From contig JAIEOU010000007.1 in NCBI GenBank assembly GCA_019750255.1, positions 1-57,280 of the forward strand: a DNA stretch of 57,280 nucleotides, read 5' to 3'. The stretch is from Patescibacteria group bacterium (GTDB taxonomy: Bacteria > Patescibacteriota > Minisyncoccia > Phycocordibacterales > UBA918). The notes beneath the pieces are model-generated. The model was given only the letters and a program-made list of their open reading frames with translations. It was not told where the DNA came from and did not search any database. Shown here piece after piece: positions 55,792 to 57,280 of the stretch; position 1 is the first letter of the stretch; the number at the start of each line of letters is the position of its first letter. The translations under genes were made by a program, and so were the position numbers.

Positions 55792-56325
55792 ATGCCTATC
55801 GTTGCCCTATTCATCGTACTTGCAGCAGTGATTGGAGGCATTGTCTACTTTAGAGATGCCGGAACCACCGTTTCGGAAGTCAGTACTCCAACAAGCGAAG
55901 CAGCAGCTCCAGGCGCTCCTCTGAGCACCACCACTACCACAAGCAATGTTCCTATCACCGCACCGGCCACAGACACCACGCCAAACGCTAGACCGGGAAT
56001 AACCCCGACCCCATCTAATGAGGTTACGGCACCCGCACCCGAGGTGGTAACAATTTTTAAACCCTACCGCAGCCCAGCCAGGGTGCAGGAGTCAATCACG
56101 GTGAACTTTACTGTGGAGGATGGTATCGTGACCGCAATTTCAAGTAGTTATAACGAAGGAAAGGGTGAAAATACTCATCAAAAGCGATTTGACGGAGCTT
56201 ACCAAACGTTAGTGGTAGGAAAGAAGCTGAGTGACATTTCCCTTTCACGTGTTGGCGGCGCATCTCTTACGAGCGCAGCTTTTAATGAAGCAGTACAGGA
56301 CGCGATTGCAAAAACCGCTTCTTAA
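55792..56325 (+). CDS. Membrane-anchored extracytoplasmic FMN-binding protein
   Basis: TM, Thr/Pro linker, C-terminal SRVGGASLTS.AFN.A flavinylation motif; next to apbE. Confidence 0.82.
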   Translation: MPIVALFIVLAAVIGGIVYFRDAGTTVSEVSTPTSEAAAPGAPLSTTTTTSNVPITAPATDTTPNARPGITPTPSNEVTAPAPEVVTIFKPYRSPARVQESITVNFTVEDGIVTAISSSYNEGKGENTHQKRFDGAYQTLVVGKKLSDISLSRVGGASLTSAAFNEAVQDAIAKTAS

Positions 56326-56329
56326 ACTC

Positions 56330-57193
56330 ATGGAGCTGCTCCTTAACCGCCATCTTGCGCTCGGGACAGCCTGGTGGGTAGAGGTGAACCTCCACACCGA
56401 AGCTGCCAAGGAATTCATAACACAAGAACTTATAGCGCGCCTCAGTTACTTTGAGGCGCGCTATTCGCGTTTTAAAACTGATTCTCTCGTTGGTCGACTT
56501 AACAAGGATCGTGCCTTTCACAATCCAGATGCTGAATTTGTAACACTCCTGCAGTACGGTCAAGCTCTGCACAGCCGCACAGCGGGTGCCTTCAATTTCT
56601 TGATTGGCCACACCTTGGCATCTCGCGGATATGGCGCGCGTCAAAAGGCTGACTCTGGCACCTTACTTCCCATACCCGAACAAGACATCGAGATCTCACG
56701 CGACATCATCGTACTCAATAAAGGAAGTATTGATTGTGGTGGTTTTGGTAAAGGCTATCTCATTGATGAACTCGCAATCCTACTGCGACAACACGACATT
56801 GAAGAATTTCTTATTAATGGCGGTGGCGACCTCTACGTTAGTCACGACATGAACAACCCCATAGCAGTTCATCTCGAACACCCCACAGAAGCAGACACAT
56901 ACCTGGGTATGACCACCTTATTGCACCAAGGCTTTGCAGCCTCAAGCCCTTACAAGCGAGTATGGAAACACAATAATCAAGCAGAGAATCACATTGTTGG
57001 CACCACCCGGTACGCATCGTATGTAAAAGCTAAGAGCGCGCGCGACGCGGATGCCTTTGCCACAGCCGCTTTGTTACTCGATGACGCCACCTTACGCATT
57101 ATGGCTACTGCGGAAGGCCTTTCTGTTGCTCGCTTTGACCCTACGAACAGTGAATTTATGGGCATTAATTTTGACTTTACACCTCTCTCTTAA
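56330..57193 (+). CDS. apbE: FAD:protein FMN transferase (ApbE)
   Basis: YSRFKTDS, IDCGGFGKGYLID, INGGGDL, AASS, ADAFATA. Confidence 0.9.
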   Translation: MELLLNRHLALGTAWWVEVNLHTEAAKEFITQELIARLSYFEARYSRFKTDSLVGRLNKDRAFHNPDAEFVTLLQYGQALHSRTAGAFNFLIGHTLASRGYGARQKADSGTLLPIPEQDIEISRDIIVLNKGSIDCGGFGKGYLIDELAILLRQHDIEEFLINGGGDLYVSHDMNNPIAVHLEHPTEADTYLGMTTLLHQGFAASSPYKRVWKHNNQAENHIVGTTRYASYVKAKSARDADAFATAALLLDDATLRIMATAEGLSVARFDPTNSEFMGINFDFTPLS

Positions 57194-57280
57194 TGCGCAC
57201 TGATGCATAAGTTCAGAAACATTTGAGACTCCTTAGCAATAAGGAAACCATGAGAATTCGGAGTCAGTTGCAAGGAACGA

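Noticed and set aside
1-57280. Alternative genetic code (UGA=Gly, as in Gracilibacteria/Absconditabacteria)
   Set aside because: Conserved genes are full length in code 11, and several (frr, mutM, ung) end at TGA at the expected position

Overview
Chromosomal segment of a reduced-genome bacterium. Gene content points to Patescibacteria/CPR, probably Parcubacteria (inference from two mreB paralogues, a short MurF, truncated HolB, degenerate PriA and a stand-alone VirB4/TraG-like ATPase); standard code 11. The first ~33 kb is mostly housekeeping: mraZ-rsmH-ftsL-like-ftsI-murF, class I lysS, greA, mreBC(D)-mrdA, proS, rseP, frr, holB, a VirB4-like ATPase with three downstream unknown genes, mreB2, an XRE-MurA fusion, priA, def-fmt, hpf, a glutaredoxin and tRNA-Asn. 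The rest is accessory: XRE regulators, stress proteins, an L,D-transpeptidase, lysozyme-like proteins, ClC, a crtE-crtB-crtI-crtEb carotenoid cluster, a sortase-type surface protein, mutM, ung and an RnfD/FNR + FMN-binding + ApbE flavinylation module. The most unusual signals are: (i) a dispersed mosaic family of palindromes with tandem G.A mismatches, covarying stems and cGNAg loops, in four clusters just after stop codons, including a 187-bp tandem array; (ii) a ~170-bp folded insert duplicating the tRNA-Asn 3' end; (iii) an A_AAA_AAG -1 frameshift joining a membrane anchor to a dienelactone hydrolase; (iv) a perfect palindrome over the XRE-MurA promoter; (v) two distinct promoter architectures. 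Product calls rest on motif recognition only; no database searches were run.
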